The notes: generated by a model not told the origin, from the sequence alone. A stretch of 64,000 nt of DNA from a virus (IMGVR_UViG_3300037200_000120:1-64000), one strand, 5' to 3'. Shown: positions 1 through 9,656, counted from the stretch's first letter. Program-made: numbers and translations.

Positions 1-2
1 CC

Positions 3-443
3 AAATCCCTCTACGCGAGCGGTTGCACCGCCCTGACGGCGATCGACGCGCCTGCGGCCGAAACCCTCGACGCGAGCGGTTGCACCGCCCTGACGGCGAT
101 CGACGCGCCTGCGGCCGAAACCCTCGACGCGAGCGGTTGCACCGCCCTGACGGCGATCGACGCGCCTGCGGCCGAATACCTCTGCGCGAGCGGTTGCACC
201 GCCCTGACGGCGATCGACGCGCCTGCGGCCAAATACCTCTGCGCGAGCGGTTGCACCGCCCTGACGGCGATCGACGCGCCTGCGGCCGAAACCCTCGACG
301 CGAGCGGTTGCACCGCCCTGACGGCGATCGACGCGCCTGCGGCCGAATCCCTCTACGCGAGCGGTTGCACCGCCCTGACGGCGATCGACGCGCCTGCGGC
401 CGAAACCCTCGACGCGAGCGGTTGCACCGCCCTGACGGCGATC
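3..443 (+). repeat. Tandem repeat, 57-bp (19-codon) unit, about 8 copies
   Basis: Units start at 3, 60, 117, 174, 231, 288, 345 and 402 and are identical except at three codons. Confidence 0.95.
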
Positions 444-662
444 GTTCACGGCGGCGAGGATTCGCGCAGCTACTATTTCTACGCCTACCCCATCGCGGGG
501 CAATACCGGATTTTCGCGGGTTGCCGCAATTTCTCGCTCGCCGACGCGCGCAAACATTGGGGTCCGCGCGGAAACAGCGACCGTCCTGATTGTCTTGCCT
601 TAGTCGAGAAGATCGCTGCCGAGATCGAGCGACGCGAATCGCTCTCGCAAGCGGCGGAGTAG
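3..662 (+). CDS. Leucine-rich-repeat protein (5'-truncated by the window edge) with a C-terminal xAGCRxF...HW domain
   Basis: Not in the ORF track because it has no start in the window. The frame from nt 3 reads KSLYASGCTALTAIDAPAA x8, then VHGGEDSRSYYF...IFAGCRNFSLADARKHWG..., to TAG at 660-662, 8 nt before the next ATG. Confidence 0.8.
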   Translation, partial: KSLYASGCTALTAIDAPAAETLDASGCTALTAIDAPAAETLDASGCTALTAIDAPAAEYLCASGCTALTAIDAPAAKYLCASGCTALTAIDAPAAETLDASGCTALTAIDAPAAESLYASGCTALTAIDAPAAETLDASGCTALTAIVHGGEDSRSYYFYAYPIAGQYRIFAGCRNFSLADARKHWGPRGNSDRPDCLALVEKIAAEIERRESLSQAAE

Positions 663-670
663 CTCGCGCC

Positions 671-1414
671 ATGAAGCTCAGCACGCAAGTCCTGAATATC
701 CTCGATTCTTCCGCTCTCGACGGGCAAGCTCTCCGGTTGCCCGGCCAACTCGACCGCAAGGTTTATCTCGAGGTCGCCCAAGTCATCGAAGCGGCGGGCG
801 GGAAGTGGAATCGCAAAGCCGGCGCGCACCTGTTCGAAGTTCCGGCCCAGGATGCGATCGACCAAATCATCGCGACGGGCGGAGTTACGACGCGGCAGGA
901 GTTGCAGCAATTTTTTACACCGCCCGCACTGGCGAATCGAATGGTGGAAGTCGCCGACATCCAACCGAAACACTATGTTTTAGAGCCGAGCGCCGGTAGG
1001 GGAGCGCTCGTCGGCGCCGCATGTCATATCGCTGACAAGGCGAATATATGCGCCATCGAGATTGATGAAAGCCTCTGGAGCATGTGGGCGGGGGCCTTCG
1101 GTGAAACCCGTTACGCCGACTTCCTTTCCATCGCGCCAAAGCCGCGATTCGACCGCATCATCGCAAATCCGCCATTCTCCCAGCAATCTGATATTCATCA
1201 TGTGCGGCACATGATCAGCTTTTTGAAGCCGGGAGGCCGTTTGGTCGCCATCATGTCGGCAGGAACGCTGTTCCGAGAAAACCGGCTCGCGGTCGACTTC
1301 CGCGCCGAGATTGCGGCGCTCGACGGACGGTTCGAACCTCTGCCGGAAGGATCATTCAGGGAATCCGGGACGATGGTCAATACCTGTTTGCTTGTTGTTG
1401 AAGCGCATCAATGA
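671..1414 (+). CDS. SAM-dependent DNA (N6-adenine) methyltransferase
   Basis: QFFTP, motif I LEPSAGRG and catalytic NPPF. ATG 671 is preferred because the upstream gene ends at 662. Confidence 0.85.
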   Translation: MKLSTQVLNILDSSALDGQALRLPGQLDRKVYLEVAQVIEAAGGKWNRKAGAHLFEVPAQDAIDQIIATGGVTTRQELQQFFTPPALANRMVEVADIQPKHYVLEPSAGRGALVGAACHIADKANICAIEIDESLWSMWAGAFGETRYADFLSIAPKPRFDRIIANPPFSQQSDIHHVRHMISFLKPGGRLVAIMSAGTLFRENRLAVDFRAEIAALDGRFEPLPEGSFRESGTMVNTCLLVVEAHQ

Positions 1415-2148
1415 TGATCACCACAGAATTGCCAGCGATTGTGCGGCGGCTTCCATCTGACCGTAGGAGTAAGTTGATGTCTGCCATCGGCTTTCGTGAC
1501 GACAAGAATCCCCAATTGAGCGACGAAGAGGCTCTCAGGCGCATCCTCGATCCCTTCGACGTCATGCGCTCGACGCGCGCGCTGGCGCCCCACGACCCCA
1601 AGCTCAATGATATCCGCTGGCTGATCGGCGAAGCGTTGCGGCGCGTGCATCAGCGCGCCAAACTTAGCGCTCGCGAAGCGGCGAGAGCATCGACTGGCGC
1701 CATGCACTTCCCCCTAACCGAAATCGCGCTGCACGCCCGCGACAAGATCCGCGCCGCCGAACAGACGGTCGGCCCCGACGAATGGCCTATCGTGGTTAGT
1801 ATCGTCATCGAAGGCGCCTGCGTGCGCGATTGCCGCAGTCTCGTGCCTGAAGTCGTGACGCCATGGCGAGCCGACGCCGTAGTGATGGACAGGCTTCGCG
1901 TCGCTCTGGACCAACTCGGCGGCCTCATGGGGGTGACTGCGGGTAGAGCGGGATTGTCGGGCGGCAAGCCCTTCGCGCCGAACGAAGCAACCATTGTCTC
2001 GCGAGCCGATTACGCCGCGCTTCTTGCCATCTTGAAACGAGCCCACGAAGAACTTTGCCTGATCCGCATGAAGGATTGCGCCGCAGTCTATGACACCACA
2101 CTGCGCGCGGAGATCGGTATCGCCCTGTCGAAGGTTGCTGCGCCGTGA
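1411..2148 (+). CDS. Hypothetical phage protein; C-terminus paralogous to 2411..2638
   Basis: ATGA overlap with the upstream gene. RADYxAL and ALxKVAAP* are shared with 2411..2638. Confidence 0.65.
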   Translation: MMITTELPAIVRRLPSDRRSKLMSAIGFRDDKNPQLSDEEALRRILDPFDVMRSTRALAPHDPKLNDIRWLIGEALRRVHQRAKLSAREAARASTGAMHFPLTEIALHARDKIRAAEQTVGPDEWPIVVSIVIEGACVRDCRSLVPEVVTPWRADAVVMDRLRVALDQLGGLMGVTAGRAGLSGGKPFAPNEATIVSRADYAALLAILKRAHEELCLIRMKDCAAVYDTTLRAEIGIALSKVAAP

Positions 2149-2414
2149 GCCGTTCCCTCGCGACAAGAAAGGCGACGACAGCGCAAGCCAAGTTCCTAGC
2201 GCTCTGCTGGTCCGGCGAGCGGAATCCGACAGTCGGCGCGGAGGCCACGCCGACGATCCGTGTGTGCATCGCAAACGGGTGGCTCCAGAAGACCGGCAAG
2301 ACGGGAACATACCCTAACGGCTCGCTCTATGAAGCTTACGAGATAAGCGATGTCGGCGTCGATACGATCGAGAATTATCTTTTCCACGCCAGATCCAAAC
2401 GAGTTGCGCCATGA
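2145..2414 (+). CDS. Hypothetical protein
   Basis: GTGA/ATGA coupling on both sides. Confidence 0.6.
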   Translation: MSRSLATRKATTAQAKFLALCWSGERNPTVGAEATPTIRVCIANGWLQKTGKTGTYPNGSLYEAYEISDVGVDTIENYLFHARSKRVAP

Positions 2415-2638
2415 AATTGCCAAAAGACCTATCCGACGATCCAAAGGACGTCGATGTGGCTTACGCCGTCATCCCCCGCGCAGATTACGACGCGCTGGTC
2501 GCGGCGCTGCGGAAGGCGCGCATTGCCGTGGATTTTGCAGTGAATATCGACGATATCCGTGGAAGCATCGCAGCTTTGCAAATCAGAGACACGCTCGCCG
2601 CGATCGACGCCGCCCTCGCGAAGGTCGCCGCGCCTTGA
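2411..2638 (+). CDS. Hypothetical protein
   Basis: ATGA coupling; paralogous to the end of 1411..2148. Confidence 0.6.
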   Translation: MKLPKDLSDDPKDVDVAYAVIPRADYDALVAALRKARIAVDFAVNIDDIRGSIAALQIRDTLAAIDAALAKVAAP

Positions 2639-2732
2639 TCGCCGCCATCGCAATCATCGCCGCGACGCTCGCCATTCACGTCGCCTTGGCGCTCGAGCCA
2701 TTCCTGCGGGCGAAGCCCTGGAGGAAGTCCTG

Positions 2733-2876
2733 ATGCGCTCGAAAGCCGGAACAGCCATAATCATTCTTGCCGTCGCTGCCGTCCTCGCTCTTGGCGGCTG
2801 GTATGAAGTTTCAGTCTGGCGCGAATGCCTCACCACGAACAGTTGGTTCTACTGCGCTCGCGTTCTCAGTCATTAG
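2733..2876 (+). CDS. Small membrane protein
   Basis: GGAGG RBS; hydrophobic helix AIIILAVAAVLALGGWY. Confidence 0.55.
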   Translation: MRSKAGTAIIILAVAAVLALGGWYEVSVWRECLTTNSWFYCARVLSH

Positions 2877-2879
2877 GGG

Positions 2880-3305
2880 GTGAACATGACGATGCCATTT
2901 TGGAAGGCTCTCGACGGGTCCGAGCATGCGACCGAAGCCGCTTCCCGCACTCACGAGGCCAAAATCCCCGAGTATGTCGTCGCAAATCGCTCGGTTGCTG
3001 AAATCAGGGCTGCGATTTCGCGCGAGGATCTGTATCTGGCAGACGCGCTCGAAACCATCGGTTTGGCATGCCGAGACGCGAGGATCGCCGCGCGCGACCT
3101 GAAACGACGCCCGAGCGCCGCGCCAGAAACCGCAACGCCGCTCGCCATCACCGGCCCGCGGGCGACCGAGGAAGAACTGTTACACGCCCTCAAAGGTATG
3201 GCGCCGCCAAAAGACACTGACGCCGAGACAGGCTCGGGAAGCTCGATCTCGACGGGCGAATCCAGGTCCAATCCAGACGATGAACCCGAAGAGAGGGCTG
3301 TATGA
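2880..3305 (+). CDS. Hypothetical protein
   Basis: In operon order; ATGA overlap with the next gene. Confidence 0.6.
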   Translation: MNMTMPFWKALDGSEHATEAASRTHEAKIPEYVVANRSVAEIRAAISREDLYLADALETIGLACRDARIAARDLKRRPSAAPETATPLAITGPRATEEELLHALKGMAPPKDTDAETGSGSSISTGESRSNPDDEPEERAV

Positions 3306-3643
3306 AGACTTATTCAGCCGACCAGGTTCGCCAGAAGATTCGCCGCGCCTGCGTATCCGAAACCAAACACCTGCTTGCCAAGCGAGCCAAATGCACCATA
3401 GCACACATCGATATGTTGCTCAACGGTTCTCGGGCGCCGGGGCCAAAGATTTTGAAGGCTTTGGAACTGAGGCGGTTCATGGTCTATGCCGACGCCGAGC
3501 CGAAGAAGCCCAAGCCGGTTAAGCCGCAAAGGGGAAGCTCAGAGGGCCGGGCCAAGGGCGGACTCGCCCGCGCCGCCAGCCTTACGGCCAAGCGCCGAAA
3601 GGAAATCGCACAAAAAGCCGCCGCCGCGCGCTGGGGCCGTTGA
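3302..3643 (+). CDS. Putative HTH DNA-binding protein with a basic C-terminal tail
   Basis: HTH-like LAKRAKCTIAHIDMLLNGSRAPG; tail KGGLARAASLTAKRRKEIAQKAAAARW. Confidence 0.6.
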   Translation: MKTYSADQVRQKIRRACVSETKHLLAKRAKCTIAHIDMLLNGSRAPGPKILKALELRRFMVYADAEPKKPKPVKPQRGSSEGRAKGGLARAASLTAKRRKEIAQKAAAARWGR

Positions 3644-3669
3644 CAAAGCATATATGCTTGCTTTATAAG
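3640..3669 (+). promoter_or_regulatory. sigma70 promoter with a palindromic operator in the spacer
   Basis: TTGACA at 3640-3645, perfect palindrome AAGCATATATGCTT at 3646-3659, TATAAG at 3664-3669. Confidence 0.7.
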
Positions 3670-3725
3670 CGATCTCGACGGGCGAGACGCGCACCAATCC
3701 GGATGACGACAGAGAGGCCGCTTAG

Positions 3726-4808
3726 ATGAACGAGATCGCTCGCGCCGAGTCATTCGAACCGGAAGTCGACCAATTCTCCGCGTGGCGGGAAGCGCTCGCC
3801 ACCGGCAAGCCTGTCGCCTATGAGCGCGGCGCGCCGACGGCCGGCTGTTACAAGCGCATGCGCCGGGTCAGCGCAACTGACCGCACCAAGATTTACGACG
3901 TGATCGGCATCTGGTTCGAGGATGGGGAATGGACCTGCCGCGGAAGTGGCGGATTTATCCCTAGGGACGGAGATACGGACGAAATCGAAGGCCTGTTCGT
4001 ATCGATCAACTCTCAGCCAATTTCGTTCGAGCTCTACGAGTCCATCATGGCCGGCGGGACCTGGCCCGAGGAAGTCGCCAAGGTCGAAGATCCGGAGCCG
4101 GAGTTGGCCCCACACGAGGCCGCTGCGGCCTACTTCAAAAAGCACAAGGCAATCGCCGATGCATGGCTCGCCGGGCTTAAAGACGCCGACGGCAAGCCGA
4201 GGAAGCCGAACACGAAAGAAGAGTCTGATCTGGCCGCGAATTACGCCGACACGTTCGGCAAGATCGAAACCCGCGCCGAGAAAGCTCGCGCGGCCGAAAA
4301 GGCGCCGCACATTTTGGCGGGAAACGAAGTCGACGCCAAATGGAATCCCATTAAAGAAGCAGCCAAGCTCGCCAAGGTTAACGCCAAGGCGCTGTCCGAG
4401 GAGTTCGCCAGGGCGGAAAACGCCCGCCGTAAGCGCGAGGCGGACGAAGAGAACGTCCGGCGCCAGCGCGAATTCGACGCCGCAGAGGCCGCCAGGCTCG
4501 CCAGGGAAGCCGAACTCCGCGCCAAGGGCGTCAAGGTTCCCGAGATGGCGCAAGCGCCGGCCCCAGAGCCGCCCAAGGCCGTTGTCGCCGAGCCGGTTCG
4601 CGTCGGAACAGTCGGGCGCCGGCAATCGCTTCGGACCTTCACGACATATGCGCTCGACGATTCGCGGGCAACGCTAGAATTTCTCGCCAAGCGGAATATC
4701 AAATCTGCCGCCCTGCTCGAGGCGGCGCTCGCCGACGCTAAGGCGCTCCACGCGATCGGGACAGAGGTTCCAGGCCTCAAGGTTGGAACAGAGGAGCGCA
4801 TGGTATGA
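3726..4808 (+). CDS. Coiled-coil phage protein of the recombination module
   Basis: 360-aa ORF with a GAGG RBS, coupled to the recombinase gene. Confidence 0.7.
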   Translation: MNEIARAESFEPEVDQFSAWREALATGKPVAYERGAPTAGCYKRMRRVSATDRTKIYDVIGIWFEDGEWTCRGSGGFIPRDGDTDEIEGLFVSINSQPISFELYESIMAGGTWPEEVAKVEDPEPELAPHEAAAAYFKKHKAIADAWLAGLKDADGKPRKPNTKEESDLAANYADTFGKIETRAEKARAAEKAPHILAGNEVDAKWNPIKEAAKLAKVNAKALSEEFARAENARRKREADEENVRRQREFDAAEAARLAREAELRAKGVKVPEMAQAPAPEPPKAVVAEPVRVGTVGRRQSLRTFTTYALDDSRATLEFLAKRNIKSAALLEAALADAKALHAIGTEVPGLKVGTEERMV

Positions 4809-5803
4809 ACCAGATCGCCAGCAATCGCCAGCTCACTACAGCGGTTAAATTCAACAACATGCGCCTTCCTTATATGGAGGAATTCGCAGAGTTAGGCGTA
4901 GATAATATTCGATGGAAGGTGCTGATAGACACAATCTATCCTTCAGCGCAGTCTATCGACTCAATTGCGATGGCTCTAAGTTATTGCCGCGCCCGCAACC
5001 TGGATATATTCAAAAAACCTGTTCACATCGTCCCTATGTACTCAAGGGCGGCGGGAGGGATGGTCGAAACCATCTGGCCCGGAATATCCGAGCTGCGCAC
5101 GACCGCCGCGCGCACGGGAGAATATGCCGGCTGCGAGGCTGCGGTATTCGGCCCGACGATCAAGCGCGCTTTCACGGGCATGTCCGAGGTTTGGGAAAAC
5201 CGCAAGAAAATCGAAAAGGAAATCACAGTCAATGTCGAGTTCGCCGAATGGTGTCAGCTCACTGTCACGAGGCTCGTGAAGGGGCGCGAGTGCAAATTCG
5301 TGTCGCCCAAGGTGTTCTGGATGGAGGCATACGCTCGCCTGGGCTACTCTTCCGAGTTGCCGAACGACATGTGGCGCAAGCGCACTTTCAGCCAACACGA
5401 AAAATGCACCGAAGCAGCCGCGCTCCGCCGCGCCTTCCCCGAAGAGATCGGGAACGAATACGCCGCCGAGGAGATGGAAGGACAAGTTCTTTTCGCCGAA
5501 AGAGAGGCCGCGCCGATCAAGCTGGACAAGCCCGCCAACGGCGCCACGGGCAAGCCCAAGGGAATGCCGAACCCGAACAAGCCAGCTAGCGCCCCGCCCC
5601 AGGCGAAGCAAGCCGCCACCGGCCCGATCGACTTCGACGTTTTCCGCAAGGCGCTGGACGCGGCCGAGACCCAAGAAGCTGCGAATGTAATTTATGAGCG
5701 CGAGGCGACGAACCGGCAACCACCGCTGACGGACGAAGAACTCGACGAATGCGACGCGCTCTTGCGGGAGTCGTGCGCACGGTTTTGGAAGGACGAGGAA
5801 TGA
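4805..5803 (+). CDS. bet: Single-strand annealing recombinase, RecT/Red-beta family
   Basis: YCRARNLDIFKKPVHIVPM, GISELRTTAARTGEYAG, MW...KCTEAAALRRAFP...YAAEEM. Confidence 0.85.
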   Translation: MNQIASNRQLTTAVKFNNMRLPYMEEFAELGVDNIRWKVLIDTIYPSAQSIDSIAMALSYCRARNLDIFKKPVHIVPMYSRAAGGMVETIWPGISELRTTAARTGEYAGCEAAVFGPTIKRAFTGMSEVWENRKKIEKEITVNVEFAEWCQLTVTRLVKGRECKFVSPKVFWMEAYARLGYSSELPNDMWRKRTFSQHEKCTEAAALRRAFPEEIGNEYAAEEMEGQVLFAEREAAPIKLDKPANGATGKPKGMPNPNKPASAPPQAKQAATGPIDFDVFRKALDAAETQEAANVIYEREATNRQPPLTDEELDECDALLRESCARFWKDEE

Positions 5804-6117
5804 ACCTCCTCTTCGAAACCGCGCAACAGTTGGTTGCGGAAAACCATCGCGTCATAGACGATCTACGCGGCCAACTCGCCGCGCGAGACGCTACGATCGC
5901 TACTTTGCGCGAGGCGATCCTTCGCCCAAAGGACAAGACACCAGCCTCGCGCCAACTCGTCAACCTCTCGGAAGGCTTGCGAGTGGACGCCGAGGAAGAC
6001 GCCGCCGAGTTGCAGATGGCACTGAAGGATTTGCTCCGCGTTGCGGAGGCCACTGGACCGTTCGGACATCCGGCTATCGCCAAGGCTCGCGCCCTCATTG
6101 CGAAGATCGAGGGATAG
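5800..6117 (+). CDS. Hypothetical protein
   Basis: GAGG RBS, ATGA overlap. Confidence 0.6.
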   Translation: MNLLFETAQQLVAENHRVIDDLRGQLAARDATIATLREAILRPKDKTPASRQLVNLSEGLRVDAEEDAAELQMALKDLLRVAEATGPFGHPAIAKARALIAKIEG

Positions 6118-6120
6118 ACC

Positions 6121-6567
6121 ATGTCAGATCTCGACGGGGTTTGCCTGATAAAGCTTGGCGGGCGCCTTACCGGCGCCGATTTGCGGGCTGACGAGTTTCT
6201 CGCTGGGATCAAGGAACGCTCCGAGGTCATCGTCACGATCCGGCGCCCCAGGAATCCAAAACATCATAGGCTTGCGTTCGCTGTGATGAAAAAAGTCGTC
6301 GACAACTGCGATTTATGGCCGTCAGTCGAAATCCTCCTCGACGACCTGAAGCTCGCCACGGGCCACGCCGAGCTGCGCATCAACGCCTTCACGGGCGAGC
6401 GCCAGTTCAAGGCGAAGTCCATCAACTTCGCCGCCATGTCGCAAGATGAATTCCGCCCATGGTTCGACAAGGTGATCGACAAGCTGGCTGGGGTTCTCGG
6501 GACCGAATCCGAAGCGCTACTCGCCGAAGTGCTGGCGATGGTCGAGCCGCGAAAGGACGCCGCGTGA
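6121..6567 (+). CDS. DUF1367-like (NinB-related) protein
   Basis: RPRNPKHHR...LKLATGH...KSINFAAMSQDEF motifs. Confidence 0.7.
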   Translation: MSDLDGVCLIKLGGRLTGADLRADEFLAGIKERSEVIVTIRRPRNPKHHRLAFAVMKKVVDNCDLWPSVEILLDDLKLATGHAELRINAFTGERQFKAKSINFAAMSQDEFRPWFDKVIDKLAGVLGTESEALLAEVLAMVEPRKDAA

Positions 6568-6785
6568 TCGACATGGAAACTGACGAGATCATAGCCGAGT
6601 TCGTCGCGCGCGACACCAACAGCATCGGAGTCCGGTTCGAAGAGAACGCGCCGACCGTCTGGTTCTGGCTGCCGCAGTCAGGAATCGAGGTTCACGTCGG
6701 CGATCCGATACCTGGATTCGCCTCGCTGAAATTGCCCGCCGATCTGGCGAGAAAACATGGAATCGTCGAATGCGAACCCTATTGA
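6564..6785 (+). CDS. Hypothetical protein
   Basis: GTGA overlap; WLPQS...LPADLARKHGI. Confidence 0.55.
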   Translation: MIDMETDEIIAEFVARDTNSIGVRFEENAPTVWFWLPQSGIEVHVGDPIPGFASLKLPADLARKHGIVECEPY

Positions 6786-7012
6786 GCGCGCCTCGCGATC
6801 CACGCATCGCCCCGATCAGCGGCGACATTCTACGCTCCGCCGCAGGCCGGGAACGCCACGTCAATTCGGTTCATGGCGGCGATGAAATCTCATATCGCTC
6901 CTTGGGCGGAGGCGGCGTCGCCTCTCGCAATGTGTGTTCGCTGAGGGCTTGGCGATTTTGGTGTGCGCAGGAGAAGGCCGAAGTCGTGGAGCTCGGGGCG
7001 ACGTTCGGATGA
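6770..7012 (+). CDS. Hypothetical protein
   Basis: Fills the operon gap and is coupled to the HNH gene. Confidence 0.5.
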   Translation: MRTLLSAPRDPRIAPISGDILRSAAGRERHVNSVHGGDEISYRSLGGGGVASRNVCSLRAWRFWCAQEKAEVVELGATFG

Positions 7013-7413
7013 CCGAGGAAGTCTACGCCACGCCGCGCAAGCCGCTGACCCCGCGCCAACGGCTGAAAATGTGGGAGAGTCACCACGGCTGCTGCGTCGT
7101 CTGCCACCGCAGGATCACGGAGACGTCGTGGGTAGACGAGCACATCGTTCCGTTGGGGCTCGGCGGGACAAACGATCCGGCGAACCGAGGACCCGCCCAT
7201 GCGGGTTGCGCTCGGGACAAGACCAAGGGGGACATGGCCCGCATTAACAAGGCCAAGGACCAAAAGGCGGCCCACGTCGGGGCCGCGCGTCCCGCGGGCA
7301 TGATCAAATCGCCGGGCTTCGCTCCGCCGCCCGCGAAAGACCGAACCGTCTCCAAGACCGCTGCGGGCGATCCCGCCATGGCTCGACGCTTCGTCGCAAC
7401 GACTGCCAACTGA
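7009..7413 (+). CDS. HNH endonuclease
   Basis: CVVC...DEHIVPLGLGGTNDPAN...HAGCARDKT. Confidence 0.85.
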   Translation: MTEEVYATPRKPLTPRQRLKMWESHHGCCVVCHRRITETSWVDEHIVPLGLGGTNDPANRGPAHAGCARDKTKGDMARINKAKDQKAAHVGAARPAGMIKSPGFAPPPAKDRTVSKTAAGDPAMARRFVATTAN

Positions 7414-7426
7414 AAGACACCCCCCC

Positions 7427-8647
7427 ATGCGAACCGCAACCATCGGACTCGAACACTATTGGAAGCGTCGCGCCGAGAAAGCCGAATCTGAACTCGCCGA
7501 CCTCCGCGCTGCGCTCGATCCGCACCCCGCCGCGCGTGAGGCTCTCAACCAGAAACACGGTCCAGCGCCAGACATCAGCGATGATGCGATAGCCAAGTTC
7601 GCCGGCCAACAGTACATGTGGGGCCACTATGCCGTCTGGCGAACTATGTTGGCGCAGAAGGCCGATCGGCACGCGTGGCGGAAACGCGCGATTGCGGCGG
7701 AGGATTTGGTTGCCGAAGCTGTAATCGCAGTTCGTTCAGCATACAAACTGGCAGTTGATCGAGCCGCCGAGCTGTATGACGCATGCACCGAACTCAACGC
7801 CGTCCGCCGTCAGAATCAAGACTTGCTCGCCGCCAAGGCGTTCGTTGAAGGCGCATTGTTCTGCGGGTTCGAAAAGGGCGAGCCGATCCAGAAGACCGGC
7901 GGCGACTATGACGCCGACGCTCTGTTCGTCTGCGCTTTCGAATGGGAGGGCGTTGTCCGCTTCGTTGGCGCGATCCCGCAAAAGCGGGGATTCCTGTTTT
8001 TCATCTTCAACCCGAAACAGGTCAAGGCCGGCTCGGCCCCGGCGGCCACACCGGAAATCAAGCCGCCGCAAATGACCAATGCCGAACTCAGAGCCGAGAT
8101 CGAACGACTCGACGCTCAATTCCTTGCGTCGCGCTCCGGCGACGACGCGGGCCACTGTGGCTCTCCTGGCGAATGGATGTACGAACGCATCAACGAACTG
8201 GAGACCGAATTGAAACGACGTGGGGCGCCAGCAACCGTAGTGCCGGCCGAGACGCCCGCTCCGCGTCGCTTCCGCCATCGCAAACGCGGATCGATCGAGG
8301 TGCTGATCGGAGAGGCCGAAATGCTTCTGACGCGCTCCGTCTCTGAGGACGCCACGCTGACCGTGTGCCGTCGCAAATCCGACAACCGCCTCGTCGCGAA
8401 GCCCGTTTCCGAACCCGGTCCTGATGAACAATTACACACTTTGATCGGGTTCGCTCTCTTGCAGAGCGAACGCACGCTCGGCGGGGATGGTGGCTGTAGT
8501 CTCGTCAAGCTGACTATCTATCGAGGCGAATCCGACGGCAAGCTTTGGGCGCGTCCGACTGCGGAATTCAATGATGGGCGCTTCGAGGAGCTTCCGCCCG
8601 CTCCGGGCGTGGAGACTGCGAAGGGAGACGTCATCAATGGCCGGTGA
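7427..8647 (+). CDS. Mosaic hypothetical phage protein
   Basis: 406-aa ORF; C-terminal RHRKRG...YRGESDGKLWARPTAEFNDGRF (DUF1653-like motif). Confidence 0.65.
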   Translation: MRTATIGLEHYWKRRAEKAESELADLRAALDPHPAAREALNQKHGPAPDISDDAIAKFAGQQYMWGHYAVWRTMLAQKADRHAWRKRAIAAEDLVAEAVIAVRSAYKLAVDRAAELYDACTELNAVRRQNQDLLAAKAFVEGALFCGFEKGEPIQKTGGDYDADALFVCAFEWEGVVRFVGAIPQKRGFLFFIFNPKQVKAGSAPAATPEIKPPQMTNAELRAEIERLDAQFLASRSGDDAGHCGSPGEWMYERINELETELKRRGAPATVVPAETPAPRRFRHRKRGSIEVLIGEAEMLLTRSVSEDATLTVCRRKSDNRLVAKPVSEPGPDEQLHTLIGFALLQSERTLGGDGGCSLVKLTIYRGESDGKLWARPTAEFNDGRFEELPPAPGVETAKGDVINGR

Positions 8648-9554
8648 CACAAGTATAGAATGGTGCGACAAAGTATGGAACCCTATAGTCGTGTGTTCTA
8701 TAGTTTCGCCGGGGTGTACAAATTGCTATGCCATGAAGATGGCAGGAAGATGGCGATTGAAGTCTGGCTCAATATATGCTGGCCTTACTAATCCGTCGCA
8801 CGGAGGGCCAGTCTGGAATGGCAAACTCGCACTCGCTAGCGAGGAGACATTGACTATTCCGCTGCGATGGAAGCGCCCGAAAAGAATTTTTGTAAATTCC
8901 ATGGGCGATTTATTCCACAAAGACGCACCCGAAGCCTGGGTCGACCGCGTGTTTGCTGTGATGGCGCTGGCGCCGCAGCACACGTTTATTGTTTTGACGA
9001 AGAGAAGCGCGCGGATGCGAGAATACCTCGGAACTGTCGGGCCTGATGATGCCGAGGATCGGATTTTTCGCGCGCAATTCCATATCGCGCCAGCGTCTGG
9101 GCACGAGGTCAAAGACTGGCCCCTCCCCAACGTCTGGCTCGGCGTCTCCTGCGAGCGCCAGGCCGAAGCCGACGAGCGCATTCCCGACCTGCTTGCGACC
9201 CCGGCGGCGGTAAGGTTCGTCAGTGCCGAACCACTACTCGGGCCAGTCGATTTCACCAATCACGATCCAACTGGCATTCAAGCCGGAATGAAGGCGCACG
9301 GCTGGTCGTCGATCTGGCGGAACAATCTCATCGGCCGACCGTGGCTCGACTGGATTATTGTCGGCGCCGAAAGCGGCCCGCACGCGCGCCCGATGGAATT
9401 GCAATGGGCCGGCGACATCCTGGCGCAATGCAAAGGCGCTGGCGTTGCCGCCTTCATGAAACAACTCTCCGGCCCCGGCGGTCGCGCCATCAAGGACATA
9501 GCGAAGTTTCCAAATGGTCTACGCGTCCGCGAATACCCGAGGGCGGCGTCATGA
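8637..9554 (+). CDS. Phage Gp37/Gp68 (DUF5131) radical-SAM-like protein
   Basis: TSIEWCDKVWNP..CSIVSPGCTNCYA, FVNSMGDLFH, SAEPLLG, WIIVGAESG, FMKQ. Confidence 0.9.
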   Translation: MAGDTSIEWCDKVWNPIVVCSIVSPGCTNCYAMKMAGRWRLKSGSIYAGLTNPSHGGPVWNGKLALASEETLTIPLRWKRPKRIFVNSMGDLFHKDAPEAWVDRVFAVMALAPQHTFIVLTKRSARMREYLGTVGPDDAEDRIFRAQFHIAPASGHEVKDWPLPNVWLGVSCERQAEADERIPDLLATPAAVRFVSAEPLLGPVDFTNHDPTGIQAGMKAHGWSSIWRNNLIGRPWLDWIIVGAESGPHARPMELQWAGDILAQCKGAGVAAFMKQLSGPGGRAIKDIAKFPNGLRVREYPRAAS

Positions 9555-9656
9555 GCCGGAACGTATGGGACGGCAAGCCGTCGATCCGCATCCGGAAGCG
9601 GCGGAAGTCGGCACGATGCCGGACTGCGGAGACCCGAAGGTAGGAGGAACGGCGCG

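Noticed and set aside
1-445. CRISPR array or DGR variable region
   Set aside because: Units are contiguous 57-mers with no unique spacers. The variable codons fit an AAC template, but other adenines are invariant and no reverse transcriptase or template repeat is in the window.
11-589. ORF-track proteins 11..313 (-) and 23..589 (+)
   Set aside because: These are shadow frames of the repeat. The frame from nt 3 gives LRR units and a sensible C-terminal domain.
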